In this document: piece by piece, positions 19,488 to 33,761 of the stretch
Layout: every line of letters starts with the position of its first letter
Position numbering within the stretch: the stretch's first letter is position 1
Source of the DNA: an uncultured Clostridium sp.
GTDB lineage: Bacteria; Bacillota; Clostridia; TANB77; CAG-508
Assembly (NCBI GenBank): GCA_947648495.1
Contig: CANSOA010000009.1
Span: 5,397-69,396, forward strand
DNA length: 64,000 nt
Direction: 5' to 3'
Made by a program: the position numbers and the translations under genes
The notes under the pieces: model-generated
Database searches by the model: none
The model's input: only the letters and a program-made list of their open reading frames with translations
What the model was told of the DNA's origin: nothing

Positions 19488-20621
19488 ATGATAATGGATA
19501 ATAGTGAAGAATTAAATTACATGATGGATGGAACAGCGATGATTAAAGTAATCGGAGTAGGAGGAGCAGGAAATAATGCAGTAAACAGAATGATTGAAGC
19601 AGGCATCAAAAATGTTGAATTTATTTCAGTCAATACAGACAGACAAGCACTAAATTTGTCAAAAGCAAGTTCAAAAATTCAAATTGGGGAAAAATTAACA
19701 CGAGGATTAGGAGCAGGTGCAAATCCAGATATTGGAACACAAGCGGCAGAAGAAAGTCGTGCTGAAATTGCAGAAATATTAAAAGGAGCTGATATGGTAT
19801 TTGTAACAGCTGGAATGGGCGGTGGAACAGGAACTGGTGCTGCGCCAATTGTTGCTGCGACAGCGAAAGAATTAGGAATTTTAACCATTGGTGTTGTTAC
19901 CAAACCGTTTACATTTGAAGGAAAGAAAAGATTGGCACAAGCAGAGCGTGGTGTGGCATCTTTAAAAGGAAGAGTGGATACGTTAGTTGTCATTCCAAAT
20001 GACAAATTATTACAAGTCATTGACCGCAAAACTTCTATTGTAGAAGCTTTCAGAATGGCTGATGATGTCTTAAGACAAGGTGTACAAGGTATTTCTGATT
20101 TGATTTCTGTTCCAGGACTAATCAATTTGGACTTTGCTGATGTTAAGACAATTATGTTAAATCAAGGTATGGCACATATGGGTGTAGGTCGTGCAAGTGG
20201 AGAAAACAGAGCAGAAGATGCTGCGAAAGAAGCGATTCAAAGTCCATTATTAGAAACTTCAATTGAAGGGGCAAAAGGTGTTATTATCAATATCACAGGT
20301 GGATCGGATATTGGATTGCATGAAGCCAATACTGCTGCTGAACTTGTTCAACGCAATGCTGACCCAGAAGCTAATATCATTTTTGGTACAGTTACAGACG
20401 ATAGTTTAGGAGATGAAATCCAAATTACAGTCATTGCAACTGGTTTTGAAAAAGAAGAGGACAGAAAAAATGTTACCCAAAATTATGATAATATTGTAGC
20501 CGAAGCTTGGAAAAAGAGAAATTCAAGTGTAACTTCAACGGCATCCAGTAATGAAAACAATTCAAATGAATTAGATATTCCAACTTTTTTAAGAAAAAAT
20601 AAAGGTTTAGGAAATAAATAA
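19488..20621 (+). CDS. ftsZ: cell division protein FtsZ
   Basis: [17 protein letters not shown] ... [10 protein letters not shown] tubulin signature. Confidence 0.95.
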   Translation: MIMDNSEELNYMMDGTAMIKVIGVGGAGNNAVNRMIEAGIKNVEFISVNTDRQALNLSKASSKIQIGEKLTRGLGAGANPDIGTQAAEESRAEIAEILKGADMVFVTAGMGGGTGTGAAPIVAATAKELGILTIGVVTKPFTFEGKKRLAQAERGVASLKGRVDTLVVIPNDKLLQVIDRKTSIVEAFRMADDVLRQGVQGISDLISVPGLINLDFADVKTIMLNQGMAHMGVGRASGENRAEDAAKEAIQSPLLETSIEGAKGVIINITGGSDIGLHEANTAAELVQRNADPEANIIFGTVTDDSLGDEIQITVIATGFEKEEDRKNVTQNYDNIVAEAWKKRNSSVTSTASSNENNSNELDIPTFLRKNKGLGNK

Positions 20622-20814
20622 TTTAAAAATTTTATTTCAGATGTTAGATGCAAAATAAAGAATTTTAAAAATTTGTAGAATTTTATAGAAAAAAAGCAAA
20701 GAAATAATCTATTTTTGTAGATTATTTCTTTTTTTCGACCTTAAGAAATGACAAGTTTTTTAAAAAAAATGTGTTAAGATAAATCCGTACTACAAAAGTG
20801 AAAGGATTTAAGCA

Positions 20815-21732
20815 ATGAAAATATACTTAGATATTGTATTATTAGAAAATTTTATTATGAATTATATCATTATATTTTCAACAGCGATTATTAGCAAATC
20901 CAAAATCAATTATCTCAAAATTGGGATAGCCAGTTTAGTAGCAGGTTTGTATAGTATTTTAAACTATCTTTGGAATTTGGGAAATGTGGGAAGTTTTCTG
21001 GTAAAATTTCTGATTTCAATTTTGATTATTTTGATAGGTTTTGATAGTCACAAAATAAAAACCATTGTAAAACAGTTGATTTTATTTTATTTGGTATCTT
21101 TTACTTTTGGCGGAATAGCATTTATGCTACTGTTTTTGGTAAATCCAGCCAATATTGTTTTTGAAAATGGATTATTGGTGGGAAGCTATCCTGTTAAAAT
21201 AACAATTGTTGGCGGAATTGTTGGATTTGTGGTAATTGCTTGTGTTTCCTATATTATCAAAGATCGACTTAGAACCAAATCCATGCTTTGTGATTTAGAA
21301 ATTTTTTATAAAGGAAACTATCAAAAACTTAAAACCATGATTGATACGGGAAATTTCCTGAAAGAACCCATTAGTCAAACAGATGTCATCATTGTTGAAA
21401 AAAATAGTTTGCGAGGCATTATTTCAGATGAAATTTTAGACAACATTGACAACATTATTCAAGGGAAATGGCTCGATTCCAAAGAAGAAATTTATTCTTA
21501 CAAATTTAAAGTTATTCCTTTTTCTTCGCTTGGAAATGATAACGGTTTACTCATTGGTTTTAAGCCAGACTACATTAAAATTTTGGACGAAGAAGAATGC
21601 ATTCGAAATGATGTTATCATTGGAATTTATAATGGAAAACTTTGCAAATCTAATCTATATACGAGTTTAATTGGACTTGACATTTTGACAAACAAAAAAA
21701 CTTTTTCAAAAGAAAGTACAATGAGGGAATAA
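20815..21732 (+). CDS. spoIIGA: sigma-E processing peptidase SpoIIGA
   Basis: A polytopic membrane N-terminal half, then the aspartic protease motif (DTGN) in ...KLKTMIDTGNFLKEPIS. It lies directly upstream of sigE. Confidence 0.8.
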   Translation: MKIYLDIVLLENFIMNYIIIFSTAIISKSKINYLKIGIASLVAGLYSILNYLWNLGNVGSFLVKFLISILIILIGFDSHKIKTIVKQLILFYLVSFTFGGIAFMLLFLVNPANIVFENGLLVGSYPVKITIVGGIVGFVVIACVSYIIKDRLRTKSMLCDLEIFYKGNYQKLKTMIDTGNFLKEPISQTDVIIVEKNSLRGIISDEILDNIDNIIQGKWLDSKEEIYSYKFKVIPFSSLGNDNGLLIGFKPDYIKILDEEECIRNDVIIGIYNGKLCKSNLYTSLIGLDILTNKKTFSKESTMRE

Positions 21733-21753
21733 AAATTGAGGGGAGGATAAAAA

Positions 21754-22488
21754 ATGAATTTTTTTGAAAAATTAAAAGCGAGAATTTTACGAATTTTAAG
21801 AAAGTATTTTGAAGGAGAAAAGTTGGAAAAATTTCCAGTCTTTTACATCAATGGAAGTCAAACTTTGCCACCACCGTTGGATGTTTTAGAAGAGGAAAAA
21901 TTACTCCAAAAATTGGACGAAAATGACGAGGAGTCTAAAAAAATATTAGTCGAACGAAATTTAAGATTGGTTGTTTACATTGCTAAAAAATTTGAAAACA
22001 CGGGTATGGATTTAGAAGATTTGATTTCCATTGGAACCATTGGGTTGATGAAAGCGATTAATACATTCAATACAGGAAGAAACATCAAACTTGCGACTTA
22101 TGCATCTCGTTGCATTGAAAATGAAATTTTAATGCAATTAAGACGTACCACAAAAATTAAAACAGAAATTTCTATTGATGAGCCATTAAACAAAGACAGT
22201 GATGGCAACGAATTGCTCCTTTCTGATATTTTGGGAACTGACAACAATGTAACATCTAAAAGAATTGAAGAGGAAGTAGATAAAAAACTGCTAAAAATAG
22301 CAATTGAACATTTAAACAATCGAGAAAAAAGTATCATGAAACTTCGTTTTGGGATTGAAGGCGAAGGCGAGGAAAAAACCCAAAAAGAAGTAGCCGATAT
22401 GATGGGAATTTCGCAAAGTTATATTTCGAGATTGGAAAAGAAAATTATGAAAAAAATGAAAAAAGAAATTTTGAGCAAGACGGGATAG
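21754..22488 (+). CDS. sigE: RNA polymerase sporulation sigma factor SigE (pro-sigma-E)
   Basis: A pro-sequence followed by [12 protein letters not shown]... and sigma-70 regions 2-4. Confidence 0.85.
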   Translation: MNFFEKLKARILRILRKYFEGEKLEKFPVFYINGSQTLPPPLDVLEEEKLLQKLDENDEESKKILVERNLRLVVYIAKKFENTGMDLEDLISIGTIGLMKAINTFNTGRNIKLATYASRCIENEILMQLRRTTKIKTEISIDEPLNKDSDGNELLLSDILGTDNNVTSKRIEEEVDKKLLKIAIEHLNNREKSIMKLRFGIEGEGEEKTQKEVADMMGISQSYISRLEKKIMKKMKKEILSKTG

Positions 22489-22518
22489 AATAAAAATTGT
22501 TGTTGACAAATTTAATCA

Positions 22519-22547
22519 AACCAGTAGCATGTGTCTACTGGTTTTTA
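22519..22547 (+). terminator. intrinsic terminator after sigE
   Basis: CCAGTAG-CATGTGT-CTACTGG followed by T5. Confidence 0.7.
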
Positions 22548-22710
22548 TTTGTGATGTAGGATTATTTCTAATGCTGTTATTAATAATATCTAATATAATG
22601 TTTCGTATTATAACACTTCAAAAATTAAAATTTGATAAATTTTTCGAATTTAATTGAAAATTTTTTCTAAATCATATATACTATTTTTAAATAATGGGGG
22701 AGGAAAAATT

Positions 22711-24012
22711 ATGGAGAAATGTTTATTATTGGGAAATGGAGCGCGTGAAGCTGTGATTTGTGAAGCAATGAGTAAAAAATATGAAATGTACTGCGTGATG
22801 CCATATGAAAATCCATCAATTGCGGAATTTGTTAAAAAGTCAAATGGAAAATTTTTGATTGGTTCGCCATTTGATAAAGACTTGGTTAAAAAATTTATAC
22901 AAGAAAATGAGATAAAATATTGTATTATCAGTAGTGATAATTTATTGCAGGATGGTCTAATTGATTTAGCTAAAGAATTGGGACTTCAAACATTTGGTCC
23001 AACCAGACAAGGAGCCAAAATTGAATGGAGCAAAACCTATGCATTAGATGTTGTGCAAAAATTGGCACCAGAAATGATTATCAAAAATTTTGAAGTAACT
23101 TCTGAAGCAGAACTAGAAAATGTTGCTAATGCCTATTTAGATGAAAATTTTGTAGTCAAACCAGAAGGTTTAACAGGTGGAAAAGGTGTCAAAGTTGGTG
23201 GTATTCATTTTATGACAAAGGAAGAAGGAATTGCATATGCAAGAGAATGTCTAAATCAAAGTGGAAAAGTAATTGTGCAAGATAAAGTCAAAGGAAAGGA
23301 ATTTACCGTTATGTGCGTAACAGACGGAAAAACGGTTGTCACTTTGCCAACAACATTTGATTATCCATATCGTTATGATAAGGACAAAGGTCCGGGAACA
23401 GGAGGCATGGGTTGTATTGGATTTGCCAATGGATTGTTGCCATTTTTAACCAAAGAAGATATTGAAAAATGCAGTCAACTAATTGAAAAAACAGTTCATT
23501 ATCTAAATCAAGATTCAGAAGAATTTACAGGCATTTTATATGGCGGATTTTTTAAAACCGAAGAAGGAATCAAATTTATTGAATTTAATGCGCGTTTTGG
23601 TGACCCAGAAGCTATGAATGTCATCAATTCTTTTGAGACGCCATTTGCTGAAGTGGTTGCTTCGGTATTTGAGCGAAATTTGTTAAAAGAAAACTGCAAA
23701 TTCAACAAAAAAAATAGTTTTTTAGTGTATATTGTGAGTAAAGAATATGCCTTAAAATCCAATGTTCCACCAGTAGAATTTATGCTAAATAAGGAAAATT
23801 TAGAAAACAAAGGGGTCAAAATATATTTTGCAAATGCAAAAAGAATAGGGGAAAATCGCTATACTTCTGTTAGCAACTCCAGATTATTTGCCATTGAGAA
23901 AACAGGAGACAATTTTGACGAAATAAAAAAACAAGTATATGATGTTATACAACAAGAAGTAGATGAAGTTTTAGATTACCGAACTGATATTGGCACGATG
24001 TATGAACATTAA
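22711..24012 (+). CDS. purD: phosphoribosylamine--glycine ligase
   Basis: ATP-grasp; LLLGNGAREAVICEAM ... GPGTGGMGC. RBS GGGGGAGG precedes the ATG at 22711. Confidence 0.7.
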   Translation: MEKCLLLGNGAREAVICEAMSKKYEMYCVMPYENPSIAEFVKKSNGKFLIGSPFDKDLVKKFIQENEIKYCIISSDNLLQDGLIDLAKELGLQTFGPTRQGAKIEWSKTYALDVVQKLAPEMIIKNFEVTSEAELENVANAYLDENFVVKPEGLTGGKGVKVGGIHFMTKEEGIAYARECLNQSGKVIVQDKVKGKEFTVMCVTDGKTVVTLPTTFDYPYRYDKDKGPGTGGMGCIGFANGLLPFLTKEDIEKCSQLIEKTVHYLNQDSEEFTGILYGGFFKTEEGIKFIEFNARFGDPEAMNVINSFETPFAEVVASVFERNLLKENCKFNKKNSFLVYIVSKEYALKSNVPPVEFMLNKENLENKGVKIYFANAKRIGENRYTSVSNSRLFAIEKTGDNFDEIKKQVYDVIQQEVDEVLDYRTDIGTMYEH

Positions 24013-24154
24013 AATTTTTACATAAATTTACAAAAAGCACTTGATTTTTAAGACCAAAAATGGTAAAATAAAACATAGAAAGAGAGAGCTTACAAAAACA
24101 GATTAAAAAAAAACTTTATTTTAATCTGTTTTTTTGTTTTTAAGTATAAATTAG

Positions 24155-25765
<1,611 letters not shown>

Positions 25766-25788
25766 GAAAAAAGTAAGCGAAAATTTAA

Positions 25789-28062
25789 ATGAATAAAAGT
25801 GGTGAGAAAATGGAAATAGATGTGCAAAATAGAGTAAGTTTTGAAACAGAATTTAATCCAAGACAGTATTTACAAAAGAAAGTAAGTTACAAAACAACAT
25901 TGAAGCAAAGACAGCGAATGATACAAGAAGAAAATTTGCATATAGCTCAAGAAATTTCAAAGGAGCAGTTTCAAAAGTTATATAAAAAATATGGTATGGG
26001 ACTTGAACAAACACAATTTGCTAGGTGTTTTTTAGATATTGATTATGATTCTTGTTATAATTTGCGAGAGGGAAAGATTAAGAAAGCTAGAATTTTATCA
26101 AAAGAATATGTTCCCTATCAAGAATTTTTAAAGGTTCAACAAAAAGTGCAAGAAACATATGCAGTAGTGTCAGGTGAATCAGTAAACTATGATAAAATCA
26201 TGGAAATGTACGATAATACAGCTGGAAAATTGTCTTTAAGGATGTTTGTTGAAGAAGTTTTAAATATCACACAGCATCAGCTTGATTGTATCAAATCAAA
26301 TAGAACAAAGAACAGAAAGATATTAAGACCGCTATCTTTTGATTGGCAAGAGATTTTTGAAATACAAACAAAAGTAGTTCAAGAATCAGGAAGACATATG
26401 GATGAAAGAATTACTTTAGCAGAATTTGAGGAATTATACAATCAATTTGGAAAAAATCTAGATAAAAGGCTATTTGCAATGAAAGTTTTACAAATACCAT
26501 CTTATCAAGTAAATTCATTTTTTTTAGGAAGATGTAAAACAACAAGAATCTTTACAGAATATAATATGAATCCAGATGCTATTTGTAAGTTAAGAGAAGA
26601 AGTAATTTTAAATGAAAATCTTCATTTGGAAGATTCAATTTCAATTGAAGATTTTGAAAGACTGTATCAAAAATATGGTGGAATTTTGTCAGAGGAAATT
26701 TTTGCTGAGGAAATTTTAGATATTAGTATAAATTCTGTAAAAAATATGAAAAACGGTGGAGAGGCGCCTATATTAACTGATGTAGAAATTCCACAAGAAT
26801 ATTTAGCAGCTATTCGAGAAAAAATTATTCTCGAATATAATTTTGAACAAAATGATATGATAACAATTGAACAGGTTAGAAATCTATATGAAAGACTTGG
26901 AAATAGATTGTCAGAAAAACAATTTATTCAGAAAGTATTAGATACTAAAGAATATGTTTATGGATATTATAAAGAGAACTTGGAGAAAGGAAATTTAGAA
27001 AGCAAAATTTCTATATTAAAAAATCACCAAACAACAGATTTTGAAGAATTAAGGAAACGAGTGATTGAAAAAGAGCACCTGCATTATGGTGATATAAAGA
27101 GTTATAAGGAAATAGAGAAATTACATTAAAAATATGCACCTAATGTAAAAGGAAGCTTATTTGCTCAAAAGGTTTTAGATATATGCTCAGATATTTATTC
27201 AAAATTGAAATCTCCTAAGGCAAAAAAATATCAAAGAACACAAATACTTTTAAATGAAAAATTACCAACCGATGAAGAAATTGAAAAAATAAAAGCAACT
27301 ATGATTATAAACAATAATTTACATACAAACGGTAAAATGCAATATCCTGAATTTACAAAATATTATTTAAAATATGGTGGAGTTATGCCAGAAGATATGT
27401 TTGCGCAAAGAACTTTAGACATTGAAAGAGTAGCATTATGTGAAATGAGAGAAGATGAGAATAATGAAATACCTATTTTATTAGATACAACAGAAGATGA
27501 AATTCAAAAGTTAAAGGAGAAAATGCAAAAAGATAGCACAAAAACAATAGCAAGACTTCAAAAAAGAGTAGAAGATATTATAGAAAAATATAGCTATACT
27601 GAACTAAATGTAGGAATTGTAAAAAAATATTTAGATATGGTTCAAGAAAATGTTGTTCCAAAGAATTTTGATAAATCAAAATTAGATTTCCTAAAAGAAA
27701 GCATAGAATTTGCTCAAGGAGGAAGAAAAGACATTGAATATTTTGCTCAAGTGTGCATAGCTTTTCGTCAATACCAAAAAGCAAATCGATTTATATCAGA
27801 AAATATTGATAATGCTACTGTAAAAAAAGAAGAAAGAGCTAAATTGAGAGAATTGCAAAAAAGTATTACTCATACAATCAAAAGAGAAAAAGCTATCAAT
27901 ATGATTTATGAAGATGGGGTTACGGACATCCCGCTAATCATGAAAGAAACAGGACTTCCAGAGACAGAAATATTACAAATAAGAAAAATAAAAACGATAG
28001 AAAAGGAGAAATTACAAAATCCTGTTTCTAAGAGAAATGGCGATAATAAGGAGGAAAAATAA
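25789..28062 (+). CDS. repeat protein of unknown function, ~110-aa repeats with an F(A/I)xxxLDI motif, interrupted by a single in-frame TAA at 27127-27129
   Basis: ORFs 25789..27129 and 27205..28062 are in the same frame. The repeat motif continues uninterrupted across the stop codon. Confidence 0.5.
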
Positions 28063-28063
28063 A

Positions 28064-28684
28064 ATGCATTTTTCAAAACGACTAGAAGAAGATGCCGAAT
28101 ATCAAATTATCGAATGTACCAAGCTTGATAATAACATATTAGTATACAAACAAAAGCTAGATGAAAACCAACCTTATTTTGTGAAACTAAAAAATAATCA
28201 ATATGCCGTTCTTTTTGAAAAAGGGCAAATTTTTGACATTATCAAAGAAGAAGGCATTTATACCATCAGAACCGAGCCTAATACTTCTTTTCCTGAAGAA
28301 TTGAACGATTACAAAATCAAAAATAATCAAGACAATTTATGCCTTCTATTTTTTAATATGGACATCATAACAGCTAACAAATTTTATATCAAAAAGAAGC
28401 ACAAAAACAACTTTTATGGCGAAGGAACCTTTGATTTTCAAATCGAAAATCCACTCAAATTATTCAATAAAGTCATCGAAGTCAGAAATTATTATTCCAG
28501 AGAAGAATTGCTTGAGCAAATTCGTGAAAGAATATCTAAAATTGTAACATCCGTCATAAAAAATCACACAAACACGTATATCATAGAGGAAGAAAATTTA
28601 AACTCTAGTGTGAATATTTTCAAAGAATATGGCATAAAAATTGTAGCATCTAATATAAAAAATATTCAATTTAAGAAAAAATGA
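28064..28684 (+). CDS. hypothetical protein
   Basis: RBS AAGGAGG before the ATG at 28064. No domain recognised. Confidence 0.5.
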   Translation: MHFSKRLEEDAEYQIIECTKLDNNILVYKQKLDENQPYFVKLKNNQYAVLFEKGQIFDIIKEEGIYTIRTEPNTSFPEELNDYKIKNNQDNLCLLFFNMDIITANKFYIKKKHKNNFYGEGTFDFQIENPLKLFNKVIEVRNYYSREELLEQIRERISKIVTSVIKNHTNTYIIEEENLNSSVNIFKEYGIKIVASNIKNIQFKKK

Positions 28685-28744
28685 CAAAAAACTATTGACA
28701 TTTTTTCAAAATGGGTATAAAGTATTAGCAGTCGGATATATTGA

Positions 28745-29059
<315 letters not shown>

Positions 29060-29116
29060 AACTGTAGGGCTCAAAGTTCACATCGATTCAACAAACAAAA
29101 TGAACTCAAAAAATAA

Positions 29117-30781
<1,665 letters not shown>

Positions 30782-30792
30782 GAATAATAAAA

Positions 30793-30827
30793 AATCGCCT
30801 TTGGGTAACCCCTTTGGCGATTTTTTA
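30793..30827 (+). terminator. intrinsic terminator after groEL
   Basis: A GC-rich hairpin (TCGCC...GGCGA) followed by T6. Confidence 0.6.
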
Positions 30828-30840
30828 GTTAAGCGTGGAA

Positions 30841-31311
30841 TTATGTCCAATAACTAAGAGGACTTCTCCACTTTGGATAATTGGTATCCAAAAAATTTTC
30901 GGCTTTTTCTCTTAGTATTTCCGGATCCCCACAAGCAGGTAGAAAGTAAATAATTTTGTTATTCTGGCAGTCCTTGACATGAAGATCACCAGTAGGATAA
31001 TCATGAAATATATCATACCTTCTCAACAAATACATTTCTCCACCAGACAGTTTTGAAAAGAGATACCTGCCACGTTCAAGACCTTTTTCGTCTATGAAAC
31101 TGTTCCATAAGCCTTCTGACCGAACAGTTCTCCAAGAGAATGGTAAAATGGCATGCAAAATCTGCTCATGACCACAATCTAAAAAATTGAAACCTAATAA
31201 TTCAAAGGTTCGTTTGTCTGGTAACATTTTTTTTGGTAGTAAACAAGCAATTGGTCGTTCTTTCATAGTGTTAACCTCCTTATTATTGTGTTTTAAACAA
31301 TGCTCATGCAA
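30841..31311 (-). CDS. hypothetical protein, distal paralogue of a tandem pair (motif LPKKMLPDKRTFELLGFNF)
   Basis: It shares an N-terminal motif with the upstream 74-aa ORF. The start is probably the internal MKERP Met. Confidence 0.45.
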   Translation of the reverse strand: MHEHCLKHNNKEVNTMKERPIACLLPKKMLPDKRTFELLGFNFLDCGHEQILHAILPFSWRTVRSEGLWNSFIDEKGLERGRYLFSKLSGGEMYLLRRYDIFHDYPTGDLHVKDCQNNKIIYFLPACGDPEILREKAENFLDTNYPKWRSPLSYWT

Positions 31312-31517
31312 GCATGATTGTAATCATACAAGGCACGTTTTTGACCGTTTTGGTCAAGAATGTCAATGGAGCCAATATGGACTTTGAAATTCCAGCCACT
31401 TGGCAAACTTGCCCAATAAAGTGCTTCATTTTTGGGCTTTGCAAAGGTGAAGCCTAGCGCTTCGAACGCTTCCCGAGTAGGTAGCATTTTTTGGGGTAAA
31501 GTACATAAATTATTCAT
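31293..31517 (-). CDS. hypothetical protein, proximal paralogue (motif LPQKMLPTREAFEALGFTF)
   Basis: RBS GGAGG before the ATG at 31517. It is expressed from conserved-promoter member 3. Confidence 0.45.
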   Translation of the reverse strand: MNNLCTLPQKMLPTREAFEALGFTFAKPKNEALYWASLPSGWNFKVHIGSIDILDQNGQKRALYDYNHACMSIV

Positions 31518-31562
31518 TGTAAAACCTCCTATTTTGTTTTATAAGTTAATATGTTTTTCTTT

Positions 31563-31591
31563 ATTATACCATATTTTACATAAAAAGTCAA
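31563..31591 (-). promoter_or_regulatory. member 3 of the conserved promoter family (TTGACT-TTTTATGTAAAATATGG-TATAAT)
   Basis: Read on the minus strand. TG-extended -10. Confidence 0.6.
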
Positions 31592-31666
31592 CAGAAATTT
31601 AAAAAGGAGTGTTGGATGTGGAGTGAATGTATTAAAAACACAAAGGAATGTTCAAAAAAATACATA

Positions 31667-31700
31667 AAAAAACGGAAATTTTTAAAAATTTCCGTTTTTT
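31667..31700. terminator. bidirectional intrinsic terminator
   Basis: AACGGAAATTTTT/AAAAATTTCCGTT hairpin with T-runs on both strands. Confidence 0.65.
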
Positions 31701-31718
31701 GCATTTTAAGCGTATGGA

Positions 31719-31844
31719 TTAGCAACATCCTCTGTCGTTTCCACCACAGCAACAGCATAAGATTAAGATAAGAACGATTATCCAAATGCAGTCACCGCCG
31801 AAACCGAATCCGCATCCACATCCGCATCCTCTGTTTTCTGGCAT
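31719..31844 (-). CDS. small Cys/Gly-rich membrane peptide (41 aa: MPENRGCGCGCGFGFGGDCIWIIVLILILCCCCGGNDRGCC)
   Basis: RBS GGGGGG 8 nt before the ATG, followed by the bidirectional terminator. Too short for the ORF track. Confidence 0.45.
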   Translation of the reverse strand: MPENRGCGCGCGFGFGGDCIWIIVLILILCCCCGGNDRGCC

Positions 31845-32040
31845 AGTATTTCCCCCCTTTTTAATTTGATCTCTTTTGAAAAATCATTTGTATGTTATAT
31901 AGTATTCTAAATCATAAAATTGGTTACAAAATGAATTAAAAAATTTTAAATTTTATAAAAAAGACTAAATTTCTAGTAAAATCACTTGAAAATTTAATTT
32001 AGATATTATAAAATAAACAAAAAATAAAGGAGGAAAAACA

Positions 32041-32178
32041 TGAAATACAAATGTACTATTTGCGGCTATATTTATGATGAAGAAAAAGAAGGCGTAAAAT
32101 TTGAAGATTTACCAGAAGATTGGGCTTGTCCATTATGTAATGTCGGAAAAGAACTGTTTGAAAAGGTAGAACAATAAC
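32041..32178 (+). CDS. rubredoxin
   Basis: 45 aa with two CxxC pairs (CTICGY ... CPLC) and RBS AAGGAGGA. Confidence 0.85.
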
Positions 32179-32228
32179 CGTAGAGGCACAAGGCATCGTG
32201 CCCTTATTTTTATACAAAGCCAAAAAAT

Positions 32229-32266
32229 AAAATCCCACCTTAATTTGTTAGGTGGGATTTTGTTTT
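32229..32266. terminator. bidirectional intrinsic terminator
   Basis: AAATCCCACCT-loop-AGGTGGGATTT with flanking T-runs. A second, weaker hairpin lies at 32186-32214. Confidence 0.6.
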
Positions 32267-32426
32267 AAGATTTTGTTAAAACGAAAAAATAAACTCCGCA
32301 ATGTAATAACCCAATACAACTAAAAAATGTAGCTGCAGGAGGGTCATTATTCAAAAGAGCAATAAAACTTAGTATAAGGTATAGAATTGCTCCCAATTTC
32401 AGTCGCCGAAGTTTGTTTTCTTTCAT
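32265..32426 (-). CDS. small hydrophobic protein (53 aa: MKENKLRRLKLGAILYLILSFIALLNNDPPAATFFSCIGLLHCGVYFFVLTKS)
   Basis: RBS AGGAAG before the ATG. It is driven by conserved-promoter member 4. Confidence 0.4.
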   Translation of the reverse strand: MKENKLRRLKLGAILYLILSFIALLNNDPPAATFFSCIGLLHCGVYFFVLTKS

Positions 32427-32492
32427 AAAATTACTTCCTTTCTAAGTAAGGTGAAAATGTCTATTATGGACTACTGTATAGTTTCTACTTAT

Positions 32493-32521
32493 ATTATACA
32501 ATATTTTACATAAAAAGTCAA
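32493..32521 (-). promoter_or_regulatory. member 4 of the conserved promoter family (TTGACT-TTTTATGTAAAATATTG-TATAAT)
   Basis: Read on the minus strand. Confidence 0.6.
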
Positions 32522-32591
32522 AAAAATTTCAAAATATCTTGAAAATTTTGATGTAGTATTATAAAATGAATAAAAGTAAAAGGAGGAAAAC

Positions 32592-33761
32592 ATGAAAGAC
32601 ACAACTATTTCAAATGATATTATTTATATTGGAGCAGATGACAAAGAAATTGATTTATTTGAAAGTCAATACAACGTACCAAATGGAATTTCCTATAATT
32701 CTTATTTCATCAAAGATGAAAAAAATGTTATTATGGACACCATTGACAAACGAAAAACAGATGAATGGCTAACCAATTTGGAAAACGCTTTAGCGGGTGA
32801 AAATCCAGATTATTTGGTAATTTCACATTTAGAGCCAGACCACGCCTACAATATTGAGCTTTTAGCCAGAAAATATCCAGAAATGAAATTAATTGGAAAT
32901 GATAAAACATTTGCTTTTTTGCCACAGTTTTTTGATATTCCTAACTTAGAAGAGAGAAAAATAGTCGTAAAAGAAGGGGACGAAATTAGTATTGGAAAAC
33001 ATACTTTACAATTTTTTATGGCACCAATGGTGCATTGGCCAGAAGTTATGGTAACTTATGAAAAAACAGAGAAAATTGTATTTTCAGCAGATGGTTTTGG
33101 CAAATTCGGAAGCTTAGATACCGAAGAAGATTGGGATTGCGAAGCGCGAAGATATTATTTTAATATTGTAGGAAAATATGGTTTGCAAGTACAAGCTTTG
33201 CTAAAAAAATTAGCCACTTTGGAGGTTAAAATGATTTGTCCATTGCATGGACCGATTTTAAAAGAAAATTTAGCGCATTATATTGAAAAATATGACATTT
33301 GGAGCAGTTATCAGCCAGAAAATGATGGTATTTTGATTGCGTATGCTTCGATTCATGGAAATACAGCAGATGCGGTTAGAGAACTTGCTAAAATGTTGGA
33401 AGAAAAAGGCGCCAAAAAAGTGGTGCTAACCGATTTAGCGCGAGATGATATGGCAGAAGCAATTGAAGATGCTTTTCGTTATGATAAAATGATTGTGGCA
33501 GCTTCGAGTTATAATTTTGGCGTTTTTCCGCCAATGGAGCAATTTTTGAATCATTTGGCTGGGAAAAACTATCAAAATCGCAAAATTGGAATTGTAGAAA
33601 ATGGAACGTGGGCGCCAACGGCTGGAAAATGCATGAGAGAAATTTTGGAAACCATGAAAGATGTAAAAATTTGTGAGACGCAAGTGACCATTCGTTCACG
33701 CTTAAATGAGGAATCAAGAGCAAAATTGGAAGAATTGGCAGGGGAGATTTTGGGAAAATAG
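32592..33761 (+). CDS. flavodiiron protein (rubredoxin:oxygen/nitric-oxide oxidoreductase, FprA family)
   Basis: A metallo-beta-lactamase-like diiron domain (H.E.DH) followed by a flavodoxin-like domain. It is adjacent to rubredoxin. Confidence 0.8.
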   Translation: MKDTTISNDIIYIGADDKEIDLFESQYNVPNGISYNSYFIKDEKNVIMDTIDKRKTDEWLTNLENALAGENPDYLVISHLEPDHAYNIELLARKYPEMKLIGNDKTFAFLPQFFDIPNLEERKIVVKEGDEISIGKHTLQFFMAPMVHWPEVMVTYEKTEKIVFSADGFGKFGSLDTEEDWDCEARRYYFNIVGKYGLQVQALLKKLATLEVKMICPLHGPILKENLAHYIEKYDIWSSYQPENDGILIAYASIHGNTADAVRELAKMLEEKGAKKVVLTDLARDDMAEAIEDAFRYDKMIVAASSYNFGVFPPMEQFLNHLAGKNYQNRKIGIVENGTWAPTAGKCMREILETMKDVKICETQVTIRSRLNEESRAKLEELAGEILGK

